Position numbers and translations under genes: made by a program. The notes beneath the pieces were generated by a model. It saw only the letters and a program-made list of their open reading frames with translations, was not told the DNA's origin and searched no databases. 64,000 nucleotides of DNA from Somniosus microcephalus (lineage: Eukaryota), in the NCBI GenBank assembly GCA_052327205.1, contig CM126222.1, forward strand, positions 70,184,001 through 70,248,000, in the 5' to 3' direction. Position 1 is the first letter of the stretch. The number at the start of each line of letters is the position of its first letter. Below, piece after piece: positions 24,141-35,926 of this stretch.

Positions 24141-26342
24141 TTGCATATTTTACAAGTTTTGTTTCCAGCATTTGGTTTGGCAGTGGATGTGGTGCAATGT
24201 GAAGTCAGGCAGGCAGACTTTGGGGAGAGGGAAGGATCGACCAGTGGAAAGCCAGGTTTCAGCAAAACCCACAATTTCAATTTGTTTCTACAAATGAGAT
24301 GATCAATGGGGTGGTGGGGGGGGGGTGGTGTGGGGGTGGCAGGTGGGGGGTTTGTTCATGAGAGAGCATACATTTTTGGAGGGCAATAAAGAGGGGGAAG
24401 GTTTTTTGAGGTCGGGGAAAGACAAAGGGAGACTCACAGGGATGGGGATCCAAAAAAAAAGAGTACAAGCAAAAATAGAGATTGAGATGGGGTGGAGGTT
24501 TCCAAGATTAGCCACAGAGGAAGGTACAAGGAGAGAGAAATGAGACAGGCAGGCTGACTATTGGTGTGTGCCATGGTGGGTACACCAAAGAATTCCAGGT
24601 TGATGCAGAGGGAATCTGTGAGGCAATTTAATAAAAGACAAGAGTCCAGGAAGAGGAATTTAGCTGAGAAATAGCCACTCTGATGGCTCCAGACCAGAAG
24701 GCCATGGAACATTTAGTCACAGAGGGTTGGGCTGATAGGGAGACTCATTTTGGTGGCAAAGGGCCAGGAAATGGGTAAGGAGAAGAGATAAGGAGACAGA
24801 GCTACTCAGGACCATGGTGGTAACCATTATGTGCAAGGTGACATAAGCAACCAAGTTATATTAGCAACCAGGGTATACATTAACAACAGTAGAAACTCAG
24901 GTCTCTCACGCCAGTGTATCAGACTGTCTATACCTTCGGTGAACAGGTGGTCCAGAATACTCGCTTCACTAATGCACTGTACCACAGAATAACATCTCCT
25001 GTCTGGCAGAGAACAAATCAATTCAAATCACTCCAGTCTAGCTCTCTAATGCTTTATGAAACAAAAGACCTAGGAAATGCCAAATAGGAGGCTGGGTAGT
25101 AGTAACATTGGGGGTTAAGAGGAAGAACAATGGCTATGAAGCCTAATCCTTGCTATTCATACTATAGGTATGGCTCTGCTTTATATTTTAGAGGAACAAA
25201 TACAATGTGCAAAAGCAATTCAAGTTATATAATTTAAATAAAGTTCCATTCGGAGGATTACAAGATGGTGAATTAAGCTCAGCATCAGCAGAGGAACCTT
25301 TGCTTTTGCACAGTGTAGCATGCAATCAGTATGAACACAGTGACAAGACACTAATTACTGCACCTATTAGAAATATGACAACTGCCTATTAAAACAAACC
25401 AGAGCTCATTTCTACCAAACCATTAATCTTTCTGCACCTTTCATTTTTAATTAGCTTAGATCTCATTATTGTGCTTGTGAGTACAGAACCCTGCTGCTGT
25501 AATCTACTTTAATCAGAATGTACAAGAAAACCAAACAGCTCCTTTGCATAGTAAAAACACACTTACAGCTCAATATGCTGCTGGAATAAATCACTGGCAA
25601 TTAGAGATTCAGCTGCAACACATCCAAACATCATACTACAGTCAAACTTAATGACCAGCACCTGGGAATGCACCTTGTTCTTCATCACAGTTGTGTTTTT
25701 GAAGTTTGTGCTTCTCTAGCAAATAGAAGGCTTAACTAGGGAAGTGTTGATTTCGTGAGCATCGGGTACTCTCAGGCTAGGTATAGCATGATTAGATGAA
25801 TAAAACTTCCTCCCTCCATTCTGCCCCAACAATATGCCTAGGTCTAAATTATAGAAGAGCACCCTCTATGGCATCAATATGAAATTTTTCTATGCCAATT
25901 TAGTACCAAATTAGAGACCACTTATGTAATGCAGTCCATGTCAAGCCAGAACTGGCTTGCAGCTGCCAACTCATTTCCCATACAGCCAGCAGACAGAGCA
26001 GAATTCCATCCATCAGTCTGGGTTATTTGTACTTCAATGGTGAAAATTGTAATAATAATAAATAATTTTAACATACAGGTACATCCATACAGTGCCTTTA
26101 ATGTAGAAAAATGCCCCAAAGCGCTTCACAGAAGCTCAATCAGGAAAAAATGGATGGTGAGCCAAAGAAAGTGATATTAGGAGGGGTGGTCAGAGGTGGC
26201 TTTTCAGAAGTGTCTTAAAGGAGGAGAGAGAAGTGGAAGGGTTTAGGGAATTCCAGACTGTGGAGCCCAGGCGGTTGAAGGCATAGCTGCCAATGGTGAG
26301 GCGAAGGGAGGGGTTGATGAACAAAAGGCTAGAGTCAGAGGA

Positions 26343-26347
<5 letters not shown>

Positions 26348-26384
<37 letters not shown>
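26348..26384. repeat. (GT)n microsatellite
   Basis: About 18 perfect GT units. Confidence 0.98.
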
Positions 26385-26387
<3 letters not shown>

Positions 26388-26534
26388 GTATGACTGAAGA
26401 AGTTAGAGATTGGAATAATGAACGCTATTAAACAATTTAAACACAAGGATGAAAATTTGAGCCATTGGGAAGTGGGAACCAATATAAGTCAGCGAGGACA
26501 AGGGTGATAAGTAACAAAATAATAAGTTTAAATA

Positions 26535-27131
26535 AAAATGGTAATGGAGATAATAATGAGACTGAAGATAAACAAGTCTCCAGGACGTGATGGTTTCCAC
26601 CCAAAAGAATTAAAAGTAGTAAGTGAGGAAATGGTAGATGCTTTAGTCATGTTATTCCAAAACTCTCGATTTAGAAACTGTCCTCTTGGATTGGAAAATT
26701 GCCAATTGTCATCCCATTATTTGAGATGGGTGGGAGAGAAAAAACAGGAAATTATAGACCCATTAGTCTGTTGTGGGGAAGTTACTAGAATCTGTTATTA
26801 GGGTCCGAGTGACTGAGCACTTGGACAAAAATGAACTGAGAGCCAGAATGGATTTGTATAGGGTAAATCATGTCTAACTAATCTAGTTGAATTTTTTTGA
26901 AGGTGTCACTAATGTGGTAAATAAGTGGCGTCTATGGATGTTACTTGTGTGGACTTCCATAAGACATTCGACAAAGTTCCACATAAGAGACCATTAGGAA
27001 AAATGAAAGTGTATGGAATTGGAGGCAACCTCTTGACATGGGTAGGGAACTGGTTAGGAGGCTGGAGACAGAGAGTAGGGATAATGGTTATGTACTCCAA
27101 TTGGCAGGATGTGACTAGTGGTGTCCCCCAG
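26535..27131 (+). mobile_element. Degenerate CR1 RT fragment
   Basis: Peptides KSPGRDGFHPKELK, DFHKTFDKVPHKR and VTSGVPQ, with frameshifts. Confidence 0.85.
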
Positions 27132-27497
27132 GAGAGTGAGGGAATGGTGGAGCAGATCGACAGTGGTATTAGTATCATGGCGAATGAAGGGCTAGAGGCT
27201 AGGCAGTTTGGAGTTTGAAAGTGCAGCTCTAAGTGACTTGGACAAAGAGTTCTTTCCCAGGGTGGAAGCTGAAGGAAGTGGTTAAAGGAATACAGGTAGA
27301 GAGAGATACAAGAAAGTATTCAAAAATTACCTTGCCTGTGATCTGAGACCAAGAGACTAGAGAGGCTACAGGAAGTGACAAGGTCAAGGGGTGGCTATGA
27401 ATACGAGTTTATATGGAGGAAGAGTGTCAGGGAGGGCAGTGAATTTAGGAGAGGGTAGAGTGTGCTTAAATAAGGACTGAAATCACTAATGATGAGT

Positions 27498-27839
27498 CAC
27501 AGAATCACAGAAACCCCACAGTGCAGATAGAGGCCATTTCGGCCCATCGAGCCTGCACCGACACATATCCCACCTGATCCCCGTAACCCCTACACCAACA
27601 CATATCCCACCCTATCCCCACGTATTTAATCCCCCTAACACTAAGGGTCAATTTATCATAGCCAATCATCCTAACCCGCACATCTTTGGACTGTGGGAGG
27701 AAACCGGAGCACCCGGAGGAAACCCACGCAAACACGGGGAGAATGTGCAAACTCCACACAGTCGCCCGAGGCCGGATTTGAACCCGGGTCCCTGGCGCTG
27801 TGAGGCAACCGTGCTAACCACTATGCCACCGTGCTGCCC
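27498..27839 (-). mobile_element. HE1-type V-SINE, full length, with CR1 type B-like tail
   Basis: Minus strand begins gggcagcacggtggcatagtggttagcacgg, then B box and V domain, tail gggccgaaatggcctctatctgcactgtggggtttctgtgattctgtg; possible TSD atgagtc/acgagtc. Confidence 0.92.
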
Positions 27840-29338
27840 AACGAGTCGTCACAATGCAGACAGGAAGAAAGAGAGGATATCTTGGCGAGAAACTCTGAGT
27901 GGGCTTGGGGGCAGTAGACAAAGATGATTTTAAAGGAGAGGGAGGAGGGGTGGAACAAGATTAAGTGCTTGAAGGAGAAGGTATCAGAAGAGATAGGGAA
28001 GAGATCAAGGTGTCGCCACCCATGAACTAAGTTTCAGTCCAAGCTAGGATGTCAATGCAATCATCTACAACAAGATCATGGGTGGCAAAGCCTTGTTTGA
28101 GTGAATGTACATTCTGGAGGGAAATGCGAAAAGGCGTGGCGATTGTGTATCCGCTGGCAGATTCCAAGGTTAAGTGGTGAGTAGGGCAGGAAGGAAGTTG
28201 GTGATGTTAAGTCCCAGTGGACAGTGCACTACCTGGTCCCCATTCTCCCTGGTGCTTTTTACTAAAAATCAAATTGTTGCAACTATTTGTTAGCATCAGA
28301 TGTAACTGCGTCTGCCTATATACTTTCAATATGTAAATATATTAAGACAAGAATAATTTTATTTCATCATGATGTCGAGACAATTCCCAAATCAGATGAC
28401 AGCATATTCCATAAGAATACCCAAGTACAGCCTGGAGAAGTTTTGCTTTGTAATACGTATTATAATACAATACATATTACAATACAATACGTTGGCATAT
28501 CCCTTAGCTGGTGCTTAACTGAAATCAAAGCAAATGTGTTCTTTGAAGCGGAAGTCATTCTTATTCCGAGGGGGGAAAAAAAGCTATAAATAATATTGTT
28601 TCAAGTTTTCATATTATCACCATTAATATAAATAGATCTAAATGTTATACTGTTCCATGATTAGCACATTCCTTTAAATATGCACGATTCTCATGATTAA
28701 CTAAATTCACTTTTTCTTTAATTGGCTGACGCTGGAGTCTTGAGGGCCAAGCTCTGTGTCGCCTGTGCCGGAGCCTCTTCTTAAAGGTTACCACAGGGCA
28801 ATGTCAGACCACTAGGGAAATACACAATAGATGTCTCATGGAGGAAAATGCTCAGTATCGGGTGTGTGATGCTTTCTCTTTGGACACACTCCAGAATGGT
28901 AACTATGAATATGTGGAAACCCTGTTCCTTGTTAAGAACTAATAACCTTAAAAAAGAACCTGTTAGAATAAATCACGAGAACAAAAAAAAACTGGGTAGG
29001 GCACCTGGCAAGCACGGAAATCCCTGACTACTTTTAGTACCAGATAGCAACCTCTCAAATAAAATTCTTATCTTGTAACTTTGTGTGTGCATAATAAGGC
29101 ACGCACTACGGAAATCACTGTACAGTATATGCAGTGCAACTGAGGCATCGTAAACCCCAAGTTTATGATGAGCAGTTTATGACTCGGTTGAGTTTTGAAC
29201 TACAAACAATGGCTACAATAGTTACTTTTAAAAAGTCAAAGGGCCTTTATACTAAAATTACTGAACTTTTATAACTATTTTTGGGGTAAATCCCTTCCAT
29301 TTCTTCACTCCCATTCATGACCCCGCCCAAGTTCAGCC

Positions 29339-29467
29339 CTGGATCACTGGGCCTGCTTCTGGGAAAGGTGGGACTTGTACAAGTCGGACGGGTTGCACCT
29401 GAACCAGAGCGGGACAAATATCCTTGCGGGGAGGTTTGCTAGCACTGTTTGGGGGGGTTTAAACTAA
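29339..29467 (+). pseudogene. CR1 ORF1 C-terminal remnant (SGNH/GDSL esterase-like): LDHWACFWERWDLYKSDGLHLNQSGTNILAGRFASTVWGGLN*
   Basis: Manual translation; DxxH motif typical of the esterase domain in vertebrate CR1 ORF1p. Confidence 0.85.
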
Positions 29468-32464
29468 AATGGCAGGGGGTTGGGAACCTGAGCAGGGAGA
29501 CAGAGGAAAGGAAAACAGGGATAAAAGCAAAAGCTAGGAAGGAGAAAAACAAAAGTGGCAGTCAGAGAAATCAACGGTTTAAATCAAATGTGGCCACAGT
29601 AAATAATAATTCTAATAGGTCTAAGAGCGTTAAAAAAACAAGCCTGAAGGCTTTGTGTCTTAATGCGAGGAGCATTTGTAATAAGGTGGATGAATTGGTT
29701 GCGCAAATAGAGGTAAACGAATACGATTTGGTTGGGATTACAGAAACGTGGCTCAAGGATGGCCAAGACTGGGAACTCAACATCCAGGGGTATTCGATAT
29801 TCAGGAAAGATAGGCAAAAAGGAAAGGGAGGTGGGGTAGCATTACTGGTTAAAGGAGGGATTAATACAATTGTAATGAAGGATATTAGCTCTGATGATGT
29901 GGAATCTGTATGGGTAGAATTGAGAAATACTAAGGGGAAAAAAACATTAGTGGGAGTGGTATATAGACCTACAAACAGTAAGGTGGAGGTTGGGGATGGC
30001 ATTAAAAGGGAAATTAAAGAAGCGTGCAATAAGGGCACAGCAGTAATCATGGGTGACTTTAATCTACATATAGATTGGGCCAACCAAATTAGTAACAATA
30101 CTGTGGAGGAGGAATTCCTGGAGTGTTTACGGGATGGTTTCCTGGACCAATATGTCAAGGAACCAACCAGAGATCAGGCCATCTTAGACTGGGTATTATG
30201 TAACGAGAAAGGATTAATTAGCAATCTTGTTGTACGAGGCCCCTTGGGTTGGAGTGATCATAATATGATCGAATTCTTCATTAAGATGGAGAATGAAGTA
30301 GTTGACTCAGAGACAAGGGTCCTCAATTTAAATAAAGGAAACTACGATGGTCTGAGGAGCGAGTTGGGTAGGATTGAGTGGGGAATGGCGCTCAAAGGGT
30401 TGACGGTGGATAGGCAATGGCAAACATTCAAAGACCGAATGGATGAGCTACAGAATTTGTTCATCCCAGTTTGGCGTAAAAATAAAACAAAAAAGGTGAC
30501 TCAACCGTGGCTAACAAGGGAAATTAGGATAGCATAAGATCCAAGGAGAGGACATATAAATTGGCTAGAAAAAGCAATAATCCTGAGGATTGGGAGCAGT
30601 TTAGGAGTCAACAAAGGAGGACAAAGAGATAATTAAGAAAGGGGGATTAATTAAGAAAGGGAAAATAGAATGAGAGTGTAAGCTAGCAGGGAACATAAAA
30701 ACTGACTGTAAAAGCTTTTATAGATATGTGAAGAGAAAAAGATTAGTGAAGTCAAGCGTAAGTCCCTTACAGTCAGAATCAGGGGAATTTATAATGGGAA
30801 ACAAGGAAATGGCAGACCAACTAAATGCATACTTTGGTTCTGTCTTCACAAAGGAGGACACAAATAACCTCCCAGAGATGCCGGGGAACATAGGGTCTGA
30901 TGAAAGTGAGGAACTGAAAGAAATCAGTATTTGTAGGAAAATGGTGTTAGGAAAATTGATGGGACTGAAGGCCGATAAATCCCCAGGGCCTGATAATCTA
31001 CATCCCAGGGTACTTAAGGAAGTGGCCCTAGAGATAGTAGATGCATTACTGATCATCTTCCAGAACTCGATAGACTCTGGAACGGTACCCATGGATTGGA
31101 GGGTAGCTAATGTTACCCCACTATTCAAAAAAGGTGGTAGAGAAAAAGTGGGGAATTATAGACCGGTAAGCCTGACATCGGTAGTGGGGAAAATGCTAGA
31201 GTCTATTATAAAAGATGTAATAGCAGAGCACTTGGAAAGCAGTGATAGGATCGGACAAAGTCAACATGGATTTACAAAAGGTAAATCATGCTTGACTAAT
31301 CTACTGGAATTTTTTGAGGATGTAACTGGTAAAATAGATAAGGGAGAACCAGTGGATGTGGTGTATTTGGACTTTCAGAAGGCTTTCGATAAGGTCCCAC
31401 ATAAGAGATTAGCGTGCAAAATTAAGGCACATAGGATTGGGGGCAAGTTATTGACTTGGATAGAGAACTGGTTGGCGGACAGAAAGCAAAGAGTTGGAAT
31501 AAACGGGTCGTTTTCCAAGTGGCAGGCAGTGACTAGTGGGGTACCGCAAGGATCGGTCCTAGGACCCCAGCTGTTCACAATATATATTAATGATCTGGAC
31601 GAGGGAATTGGATGTAATATCTCCAAATTTGCAGATGACACAAAGCTGGGCGGGAGGGTAAGCTGCGAGGAGGATGTCGGGAAACTCCAGTACGATTTGG
31701 ACAGGTTGGGAGATTGGGCAGAAACATGGCAAATGCTCTATAATGTGGATAAATGTGAGGTTATCCACGTTGGTGGCAAAAACAGGAAGGCAGATTATTT
31801 GAATGGCAATAGATTGGGAGAAGGAGAAGTGCAAAGAGACCTGGGTGTCCTTGTGCACCAGTCGCTGAAGGTAAGCATGCAGGTGCAGCAGGCGGTTAAG
31901 GCGGCAAATGGTATGTTGGCCTTCGTAGCAAGAGGGTTCGAGTACAGGAACAAGGATGTCTTGCTACAGTTGTACAGGGCCTTGGTGAGACCGCACCTTG
32001 AGTATTGTGTGCAGTTTTGGTCACCTTACTTGAGGAAGGACGTTCTTGCCATGGAGGGAGTGCAGCGAAGATTCACCAGGCTGATACCTGGGATGGCAAG
32101 AATAACGTATGAGGAGAGATTGTGTCGATTGGGCTTATACTCACTGGAGTTTAGAAGATTGAGAGGGGATCTCATCGAAACCTATAAAATTCTGTCAGGT
32201 CTGGACAGACTAGATGCAGGAAGGATGTTTCTGATGGCCGGGGAGTCCAGAACCAGGGGTCATAGTCTAAGGATAAGGGGTAAGCCATTTAGGACTGAAA
32301 TGAGGAGGAATTTCTTTACCCAGAGAGTGGTGAACCTGTGGAATTCTCTGCCACAGAGGGCAGTGGAGGCCAGTTCATTAAATATATTCAAGAAAGAGTT
32401 GGATAGATTTCTTGAGGCTAAAGGGATCAAGGGATATGGGGAAAAGGCAGGGACAGGGTACTGA
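29449..32464 (+). pseudogene. CR1 ORF2 (endonuclease + reverse transcriptase), broken between ~30530 and 30730
   Basis: ORFs 29449..30537 and 30728..32464; the gap has frameshifts, stops and a short duplication (aattaagaaaggg twice). Confidence 0.93.
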
Positions 32465-32779
32465 ATTTGGATGATCAGCCATGATCACATTGAATGGCGG
32501 AGCAGGCTCGAAGGGCCTACTCCTATCTTCTATGTTTCTATGAACGACGCATGAACTGCAGTCGAGGGGTTAGGTACTAATGCTACAAGTGATGTGCGAG
32601 TGCAGGAAGAAATCAGCACCTTACACAACAGAGAACAGAAACTCAGTGTGGGAAATCAAATTCAATGTCCCACTACTGAATGGTACGGTTTATCAGTTGT
32701 TAAAAGTGCTGCTCCACCCCAAATAAAATAAAGAGCAGGTGGCAAGTTGTGCAGTCAGTTAATTGCACTGCACTTGATG

Positions 32780-33100
32780 CCCTGATGGCTCAGCCAGTTT
32801 ATCCAGTAAGCAGCTGTAGAACTCATGACGAAGGCCAAAGTTCAATCCACGTTCTGTGCCAAGTTAGCAGATCTCAACCACTGCATGACAGGAGTGCTAC
32901 AACTGCCTTCAGCACCCCCTGGGTTGGGGAGGGGAAATCATGCTTTTGATCACAATCCTGCAATCCATGTTGCAAGTGCACACGTGTACAATGGGCAAGG
33001 ACAGGATCAGGCTTGGTTTTGATGCACACATCACAATAAAATAGCCTATCGACACAGAGCGACAGACACAACAGCGGCTCTTAGACAAGTGCCGATAAAC
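32780..33100 (+). mobile_element. Old tRNA-derived SINE (AmnSINE2/Nin-like, tentative)
   Basis: A-box-like tggctcag and B-box-like gttcaatcc; aggacaggatcaggcttgg...tgatgc...aatagcctatcgacac core. Confidence 0.6.
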
Positions 33101-33734
33101 CATCATGTTAGAGACACCCAGAACTGACCATCATTGCTGAGGAATGATTCAATTCACATATGCCATTTCAAGAATTTGCTTTAAACTTTTTTTTTTTTTT
33201 TTTATTAAAGTTAGCACATTCCAGTACAATGCAAAAATTCATTATATTGTAAAACTGATCTGCCATTTCCTTCCCAACCTTGTAACATTTCTTTTTGGCC
33301 ACTGTAAGACAGCAGTTTCATGCTAATGTCCGGCAATACAGAACTTAAACCGCAAGGACAATATTTTCTTCACTACTGCAGCTGGCAGTGAGCTTGGCAC
33401 ACACTGAAAAATATTAGTCTTTGGTTTAAGTCTCAGCTAAAAGGAGCATGGAATGAGAAAAATTGCTATTTTGCACATTAAGCTAATCCTTTTACATAGT
33501 ATGTAAAATTTACCTTATCTTGGTTGCCACTCTAGTGCGGTACTAACTCAGACATTTTCATTCGGTTTGAGGTGGGTAGATATTAAATCCCCGGCCCCTT
33601 CTATTTATTTCATACTGCAGGAACGGTCTTACACCTTCTGTAAAAATGTGAATGTTCTTTGTTTGGCACCCAGTCTTCCTTCACCATCAGGAGCATTATC
33701 TTTTCCACATAACATGACTCAAACAGAATAGCAG

Positions 33735-34030
33735 GAACAGAAGGAGTGGCCATCCTTCTCGTGATGTTAAACCAATGTGTCTATTCTAGTGGTTGAAAAT
33801 GGACATTAGAGATTCCATAACATTATATGGAGAGAGTTTTCACAGTGTCCTAGCCAAACACAATGCCTCAATGCAGCATCATCAAAAATAGATTGTCATT
33901 TAGCTCAAAGTTATTTGTGGGATCTTTCTGTATGCAGAAGAGCTGGCACGTTTACCTACATAACAGTTGCTGCATTTCAAAGAAGCTCACTTTGTGAGAG
34001 GTCTCTGAGAAACAGGATATTAATTCAAAA
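33735..34030 (+). mobile_element. Degenerate Deu-domain SINE
   Basis: By-eye similarity to 55015-55360 (gatgttaaacc, gtgtcctagccaa, tttgtgggatctt). Confidence 0.55.
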
Positions 34031-34261
34031 TGTATTTCTATCATGGGCGCCACCTCACTCCAGAGTATATATCCATCACCATTAAGCAAACCTGGCTTGC
34101 TGCTCATTGTAGAAAAATGCCCCACAGCCCTGACCCAGGAATTAATGTCCCTTGGAGTGTTCAATCTCATTTCATACTTATCCCTATAACTTTGGATTCC
34201 ATTTTCCAATCAAATATTTTTTTCAGGAGTTAATTTAGAAAGCATTAACTGTTTTTTAAAT

Positions 34262-34528
34262 GCTCCACTACTGGCGGTTGTGCCTTCAGCTGCCTAGGTC
34301 CCAAGCTCTGAAATTCCCTCCCTAAATCTCTCTGCCTCTCTACTTCTCTTTCCTCCTTTAAGACTCTCCTTAAAACCTACCTCTTCAACCAAGCTTTTGG
34401 TCATCTGCCCTAATATCTCCTTATATGGCCCGATGTCAATTTTTTTTTGTGGATAACGCTACTGTGAAGCGCCTTGGGACGTTTTATTACGTTAAAGGCG
34501 CTATATAAATACAAGTTGTTGTTGTTGT
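34262..34528 (+). mobile_element. L2 LINE 3' end with (GTT)n tail
   Basis: gtgccttcagctgcctagg...ctgtgaagcgccttgggacg...aaaggcgctatataaatacaagttgttgttgttg. Confidence 0.9.
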
Positions 34529-35214
34529 GTTGGGATCTGTTCCACATTCCACTACTGCAAATAACTAAATGAATAAGTGGCTGAAACATGATTCTCTTCT
34601 TAAAATTATCCCCCCATTTGGAGACATGACACCCAATGGAGGCAAGCGATCACATCACTTGAGCTATGACAAGACACTTGTGGAATAAGTTGGGCAATAC
34701 AATGTTTCTGTTGTCCATCATGTACTTAAAGTACTCTTTATTTCTCAGTAAAAAACATTACTATAAATAACACCAAAATACTTTCATTATATGATGCCAT
34801 ATCAACTACATTAAAATCAACTACATTAAAATCAACATATTTTACAATTCTATATAATTCTGGCCTTAACATGTTCTATGTGCCTCCACATTTTGGTAAA
34901 ATATGAAAACATTTCAATTATAAATAAATTAAGTAGTGGTCAACAAGCAGAGGCAGTAATTCAATCTCAAGAACCTGCAGCACTTGAACTCCACATCACT
35001 CTCATCATTTACAATATTTCCAGAAGTTATTCTATATATTTTTCTAGGGATTTGCGTCTTCTGACTGCACCTGAAACATATTGTAAAATTAATTCCAGAA
35101 CATAGTAGCTAATTGTTCTGTTGTTTTGCTTGTGAAAATTATCTGATTGCCATTTCTGATTCCATAAGTAACCGTGTAGCCAGTGAACTGACGAATTACA
35201 CCCAATTAAATAAT

Positions 35215-35926
35215 GGCCCAGATATTCCGATCCCTATGTGCTGTGTATCCACCCGTAGGGACATCGGAAATGCCGGTTTCAGGCATGCACTGAAAACCGG
35301 CATTTCCGACCTGTCAAGAATGGTCTTGACAGATCCTCCGGCTACCCTGGAGAAGGGCCTCTGTGGGCGGATAGTTCTGCTTTTTGGAGATCCTCCGCCC
35401 GCAGAAAACCCTTACAATTCTTACGCCTGGTAAAAGCAGGCGTAAGGCCTGCTTTTACCAGGATAAGAGTTGAAAAAAGTTTTTTTTAAAAATTCACTGA
35501 TTTATCATTTTAAAATACTTTAAACGGTAAGTCTATTTTTAGCCCTGTAAAAAACGAATTATTTTTTCAAAAAATTAAATTTGGTTAAAATACTTAATTT
35601 ATTGTAATTTCAAGTCATTTTAAAAATGTGATTTAAAAAAAATGTATTTGAAGTTTTACTATGTTTTTTCATTGATCTCCATTCATATACGACAGGTCTT
35701 CCTGTCAAATGTATGATTCCCTTCTGTGATTGGCTCCCCATGGCCCACGTGATCCCAGGGACGCTGTGAACTACATGCGCCCCTGAGATACGTGGGCCCT
35801 GCACACTTCAGGTTTGGTGAGGCCCAGGTGCGAGAGTGTCCTGGGAGCCCTCAGGTAAGAGCGCAGATTTTTCCAGATCGCAGGCCTCCGCCCGCGCGGG
35901 AGGCCTACAATCGGAAAATACGGGCC
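35215..35926. mobile_element. PIF/Harbinger-type MITE, 712 bp
   Basis: TIRs GGCCCAGATATTCCGAT versus reverse complement GGCCCGTATTTTCCGAT (14/17); 3-bp TSD AAT on both sides; several internal hairpins. Confidence 0.8.

Larger units (their letters stand above)
26080..28240 (-). mobile_element. Degenerate L2 LINE interrupted by a CR1 fragment, a SINE and a microsatellite
   Basis: L2 tail at ~26080-26130 and 3' body to ~26510. The purine-rich 27130-28240 stretch looks like more 5' L2 sequence, but this part is less certain. Confidence 0.6.
29339..32542 (+). mobile_element. Near-complete CR1 (HER1-like) LINE: ORF1 C-terminus, whole disrupted ORF2, 3' UTR
   Basis: ORF1 end with DGLHL esterase motif; APE endonuclease motifs (LNARS, GITETWL, MGDFN, SDH); RT motifs (GVPQGSVLGP, FADD); tail ttctatgtttctatg. 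5'-truncated within ORF1. Confidence 0.97.

Noticed and set aside
30728-32464. 578-aa RT ORF as an active or domesticated gene
   Set aside because: Starts at GTG, is cut off from the endonuclease by frameshifts, and has a near-identical decayed paralogue at 46132-48010; an ordinary young CR1 copy.
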